Source: the human T2T-CHM13v2.0 reference genome, Homo sapiens. Taken from it: DNA of 64,000 nucleotides. Position numbers and translations under genes: made by a program. Of this stretch, positions 62,760 to 64,000 are shown piece after piece (the stretch's first letter is position 1; every line of letters starts with the position of its first letter). The stretch is from NCBI RefSeq assembly GCF_009914755.1, contig NC_060925.1; one strand, written 5' to 3'. The notes below the pieces were generated by a model that saw only the letters and a program-made list of their open reading frames with translations, was not told the DNA's origin and did no database searches.

Positions 62760-64000
62760 TGATATATTTGGGATATTTGTCTCATCCAAATCTCATGTTG
62801 AAATGTAATCCCCAGTGTTGGAGGTGGGGCCAGGTAGGAGGTGTTTGGGTCATGAAGATGGATCCCTCATGCCTTGGTGTTGTCCTTAAAATAATGAGTG
62901 AGTTCTCATGAGAGCTGGTTGTTTAAAATTGTGTGGCACTTCACCCCACCTTTTACTCCCACTCTTGCCATGTGATGTGCTTTTTCCTGCTTCACTTTTA
63001 GCTATGAGTAAAAGCTCCCTAAGGCCTCCCCAGAAGCTGAGCAGATGCCAGTGCCATGCTTCTTTTACAGCGTACAGAACTATTAGTCAATTAAATCTCT
63101 TTGTTTTATAAATTAAGCAGTCTCAGGTATTTCTTTATAGCAATGCAAGAATGGCCTAACATAGACAATTGGTACTGATGAGTAGAGCGTTGCTCCTGAA
63201 ATGCCTGACATGTGGAAGCATCTGATACTTGAAAATGTGGAATTGACTTTGGAACTGGGTAATGGGAAGAGGTTGGAAGAATTTGGAGGGCTCAGAAGAC
63301 AAGATGATGAGGAAAAGTTTGGAACTTCTAAGAGTTGTTAAATCATTGTGACCAAAATGCTGATAGTGACAAGGACAGTGAGGCCAGAATGCTGAGATCT
63401 CAGATGGAAATAAGAAACTTATTGGGAGGTGGAGCAAAGATCACCCTTGTTATGCTTTAGCAAAGAGCTTAGTTGCATTGTATCCATGTCCTAGGGATCT
63501 CTGGAAGATTGAACTTAAGAGTGATGACTTAGCATATCTGGTGGAATAAATTTCTAAACAGCAAAACATGCAAGATGTGGCCTGGCTGCTTCTAACAGCT
63601 TAACCAGGATTTGGAAGCGAGAAATGACTTAAAGTTGGAAGTTATATTTAAAGGTGAAGCACAGCATAAAAGTTGAAAATTTGCAGCCTAGCCATGTGGC
63701 AAAGAAAGCTTTTTCAGAGTAAGAATTAAAGTAGATTGTGAAACAACCACTTGCTAGAGAGATTTGCATGACTAAAAGTGAGCCAGGTGCTAATAGCCAA
63801 GATGATGGGGAAAAGGTCTGGAAGGCATTTCAGAGATCTAAGAGACAGCCCCTCTCATCACAGACCCAGTAGTGTAGGAAAACTGGTTTCAGGGGACCAG
63901 GCCCAGGGCCCTGCTACCCTGTGTAGCCTCAGAGCACTGTTCTCCATATCCCACTCCAGCTCTAGCTGTGGCTCAAAGGGACCCAGGTACAGCTGAGGCA
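62760..64000 (+). mobile_element. MaLR MST (MSTA/B) 5' LTR (~62760-63163) plus MST internal sequence running off the window
   Basis: ccaaatctcatgttgaaatgtaatccccagtgttggaggtgggg LTR; internal aattggtac...actttggaactgggtaatgg..agaggttggaagaatttggagggctcagaagac. Confidence 0.9.

Overview
This is primate, very probably human, genomic DNA dominated by repeats. Three recognisable landmarks fit my recollection of human 1q24.2: a SIGLEC processed pseudogene (~25.3-27.4 kb), the first coding exon of NTMT2/METTL11B (56016-56169, +) and the miR-3119 palindromic hairpin (61286-61370). The first 24 kb is mostly three large minus-strand L1PA elements. The rest is a mosaic of L1 fragments, Alus, MaLR/ERV LTRs, L2, MIR and DNA-transposon relics, and nearly all long ORFs in the track are L1 remnants. 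The most interesting item is the retrocopy, which joins a Siglec-10-like V-set/C2-set ectodomain to a Siglec-16-like Lys-containing (DAP12-type) transmembrane segment with no ITIM. It may record an activating Siglec-10 counterpart, and one direct repeat appears to bracket it together with an L1 3' end. Second, two neighbouring L1PA3-like elements share many non-consensus variants yet differ by the ~129-bp ZNF93-binding segment. All family and subfamily names come from recalled consensus sequences; no database search was run.
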